Source: Chiloscyllium plagiosum
Lineage: Eukaryota
Assembly (NCBI RefSeq): GCF_004010195.1
Contig: NC_057715.1
Span: forward strand, 14,389,869 to 14,453,868
DNA: 64,000 bases
Reading direction: 5' to 3'
The translations under genes were made by a program, and so were the position numbers. This document shows, piece by piece, positions 60,490-64,000 of this stretch (its first letter is position 1; the number at the start of each line of letters is the position of its first letter). The notes beneath the pieces were generated by a model, which saw only the letters and a list, made by a program, of their open reading frames with translations, was not told where the DNA came from and ran no database searches.

Positions 60490-61638
60490 GTTCGAGTGCC
60501 AGTGACTTTTCTGAAGTTTGCTTCGGTTATTGAAACCCGCTGCGGTCAGATATTGAGTTAGTGCAAAGTTTACTTCATTCAGATATTTGTCATAAATTTT
60601 GCACTGTGATTGGACTCTTAAAATTTCACAAAGAATATCAACTGATCGAAGGCTTTCTCAGTGTCTTGCCCGATACTATGGGACTACTTAGAGAAATAGC
60701 TCAGCTAATTTTATTACAGACACAATTTTGGCCAACATTAATTACAAAGTGCTTACAACACAGGAGCTGGCCATTCAGTTCAGCTGATCAGTGCTGGTGT
60801 CCATGCTCCACATGAACCTCATCCCACCATTCTTCATCTCGCCCTACCAGGAAATCCTTTTATTTCTTTCTCCTCTGTGTTTACCTAGTTATTTTGAAAA
60901 TGTGTCCAAGAGTGGGACATGCTGAAGTGACTGCTGTCTCTCTAGGCGAAGAATGTGCATTTAGCTGATCATCAGTGGGGTAAATGCATGTTTTTCCAAT
61001 TAACAAGTTAGGATAATCAAATGGCTGAAATGATTCAAGGCACATGAATTAATTAAATATTTAATTACAAAGCAGTTTTCTCTGCATGATAAATGCAGTA
61101 AGAGTCAACTATGCTCAAATACAAGAGGCAAATTCAAGAGATTGTGGTGCTATCCTTGTTGGGTAGGAGTTCCCGGTCAGACCTGGGATTATACTTCACC
61201 CATTCTGCAAATCCATGCTCTTGAACGTACAGGCTCTGATCCCCATGCGATTCAAGAGGCCACTTCTCTATTGCTCTCTGCTGTCGAGATTCCACTGTGG
61301 GACCTTCCTAAGAGATTCTTTTGCTCTAGACAGGCTGAAGCTTGAATCTTAAAAGCTTTTGTATCAGCTAACTCCTAGATAGTCAATACAGAATCAAATG
61401 GAAGAGTAGTTGTTGTTTGGAGGTCCATCTTTATTGTTCATCTATGTAAACAAAAGCTTGTATGTGAATAAATACCAGACTTCAGCGTCCTATCCCTCAC
61501 CATCTGGCAACCTCGTGAGTAAAAATATGTTGAGTCAAAAAGCAATCAACTATTAAGAGAATGGCCAATGCAATGATGAGGGATGTGTTAGAGCTGATTT
61601 GGTATTTGAGATGATCACATCTGAAACTTTCTCTACAG

Positions 61639-61733
61639 AAAAGGAACTCCTTGAGTCATTGCCATTCAATAAACAATGCACGGAAGAAGAACGTGATTTG
61701 TTGTACTTTCTATACAAAAATAAATTGAAAAAG
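61639..61733 (+). CDS. CDC16: CDC16 exon 7
   Basis: CAG acceptor; (E)KELLESLPFNKQCTEEERDLLYFLYKNKLKK; donor GTAAAT. Confidence 0.95.
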
Positions 61734-62296
61734 GTAAATGCACTTTTTTTTATATTCGTCAGATTTTTATGGAAAAATTATATTCTTTGTATATTTGAGT
61801 TGTTTTTAACTTATAAAATAACAATTAACCTTGGCAGGTGAATTGTAGTCAAAACATTGAGGTATTAGGGCTAGGGCACCCAAGGATAATGTGAGGTACA
61901 TTTTAAAGTTATATATTCAGTTTGTCTTTTTATATTTATATTTCTATTTTAAATTCTTGTCTCAATATCTTGGAAAGGCGTGAACACACGTTTGATTTTG
62001 TAGTTACACCCTTTGGCCAGTAGAGTTGCTGCTGTGCCATCTCTGGCAGGAGTGGTGATTACAGCACAACAACAACTTGGAATTCATATGACATTAAAAT
62101 ACATTTGAACGCTCTTCACAGAGACATGATCAGACAAAAAGGAAAAAACATTGAGCTGAAGATGGAGGTATTGTGGAATCCAAATGTTCGATTAAAGAAT
62201 GTTTTAAAAGAGCACAGGGAGAGGGTGAGATTTAGGAGGAGAATTCTAGGGCACGAAGCTGAGATGGCTGAAAGTGTCAATAATGGTGAAGCGTAG

Positions 62297-62495
62297 AGAG
62301 TGTATGTATGAATTGCCAGAGAAAGTGGTGGAAGTTGGGATGATTACAACATTTAAAAGGATGGGTATGTGAATAGGAAGGGTTTAGAGGGCTATGGGCC
62401 AAACACTGGCAAATGGGACTAGATTAATTGAGGATATTTGGTCGGCATAGTCAAGTTGAACCAAAGGGTCTGTTTCTGTTATATATAACTCTATA
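62297..62495 (+). mobile_element. CR1 3' terminal fragment (another on the minus strand at ~63400-63780)
   Basis: Matches 55030-55250. Confidence 0.8.
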
Positions 62496-63073
62496 AATCT
62501 GTGGAAGGCCATGAATGGACTTAACTACCATTTTAAATTGGAGAGTGTGAGGGACTAAGTGTGAAAGTAGGTCAGCAAGCTAGGGGCGATTAGTGAGTAG
62601 TTGCTTGGTACTTGCTGCATGAGACATTTATCTTCACTAGCCCTGGATGATAATATCCCAAGACACATCAGGTTCTCTGTGTATGCTAATTGTACCTTGT
62701 TGTTCCCCTTGCAACCATAACCACCACCACCACCCCCCCCCCCCCTCCGTATTGTCTCTGTGCAGTTTTGATTGCTTGATCAGCATCCAGTCTTCATGAG
62801 CCAGAATTTGCATTAGCTGAAGGTTGGGAAAACTAATGCTTCAGACCCTTCCAAAGATTCTGCACCCTTTCCACTGATTCCCTTTCCCAGTTTAACCTTG
62901 GCCTGCACCAGATGAACTGCAGCCTCTGCATTCTTAATAATCAGAAGCAGCTTCCATTCCCAACACATAGTTTCATATCAGTTTCCTCTCTCATACCTTG
63001 TCTTTCACAAGCTGAGTTCTTCAAATATCATTCTTTATTTTACACTCTGCCAATTTTCCTTTTGTTCCAACAG

Positions 63074-63207
63074 TACAATAAACCAAGTGAGACAGTAATT
63101 CCTGAGTCAATAGATGGGCTTCAGGATAACCTGGATGTTGTAGTGTCTGTTGCAGAGAGGAATTACTACAACTGTGATTTTAAAACATGCTACAAGCTCA
63201 CTTCGAT
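63074..63207 (+). CDS. CDC16: CDC16 exon 8 (gene continues beyond the window)
   Basis: CAG acceptor; YNKPSETVIPESIDGLQDNLDVVVSVAERNYYNCDFKTCYKLTS+AT (134 nt); donor GTAAGT. Confidence 0.96.
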
Positions 63208-64000
63208 GTAAGTACAGCCTGCATGTCATAAAATCAATTACAACCAATTTATCACTTTTTTTTTTAAGTTTAATCATTGTTGTAATGTGGGCTATGTGAA
63301 AGCCAAATGTGGATAGTAGGATCCTACAAAGAGCAATCTGATGTTAACCAGATAATCTGCTTCTGGTTATTTTGGTTGAGGGATAAATACTGACCAAGAG
63401 AGAGACATGGAGCTGTACAGCATGGACACAAATCCTTCGGTCCAACCAGCCCATGCTGAATATAATCCCAAACTAACCTTGTCCCAGATGCCTGCTTCTG
63501 GCCCATGTCCCTCCAAACCTTTCCTTTTCATGTACTTATCCAAATGTCTTTTTAATATTGTATTTGCGCCCCCATCCATCATTTCCTCAAGAAGTTCATT
63601 CCACGTGCGAACTATTCACTGTGTAAAGAAAATTTTTAAATTGCTCCCCTCTCTCTTTAAAAATGTGCCCTCTAATCTTGAAATCTTCCATCCTAAGGAA
63701 AAGGCAACTATCATTAACCACAACTGTACCATTCAGCCTCGTACTCTAGGTGAAAAAAGTCTCAGCCTATCGAAGCTTTCTTTTTAATGATACTAGAGAA
63801 CATCCTTTTTCTTTAAAATAGTACTTCCTCTTGAGAAAACAAGAAGAATTTTTTATGTCTCATTTGAAAGACAGCATCTCGAACGGTGCAGCATCTCCCA
63901 AGTATTGCACTGGAGTGTTGGCTGGATTGCAACCAAACCAGAAGTTTACAACCTTCTAACCAAGAAGTGAGAGAATTACCCGTTGAGCAACAGCTCACCC

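Overview
Vertebrate genomic DNA, very probably from an elasmobranch (shark/ray). This is inferred from the HE1-type SINEs, HER1/CR1 LINEs and Deu-domain SINEs. Three intron-containing genes can be reconstructed from splice signals and translation. (1) RASA3 exon 1 on the minus strand at 897-951, under a CpG island with five CCAAT boxes. (2) A probably complete five-exon CFAP97D2-like gene on the plus strand at 9954-30358, about 188 aa, with an RFX X-box upstream. (3) Exons 1-8 of CDC16/APC6 on the plus strand at 44663-63207, continuing beyond the window. The order matches human 13q34 as I recall it. The rest is mostly retroelements: CR1 LINE fragments, tRNA-derived SINEs, Penelope-like elements (PLEs), a solo LTR with a 5-bp target-site duplication (TSD), and a 33-bp minisatellite. 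There is one 876-N assembly gap. The most striking non-gene signal is a set of PLE-derived insertions with minimal type I hammerhead ribozyme cores. Several are about 200-bp non-coding fold-back cassettes with 13-15 bp TSDs, and one places a ribozyme core on each strand at the hairpin apex. All identities come from reading the sequence by eye; no database search was run, and repeat boundaries are approximate.
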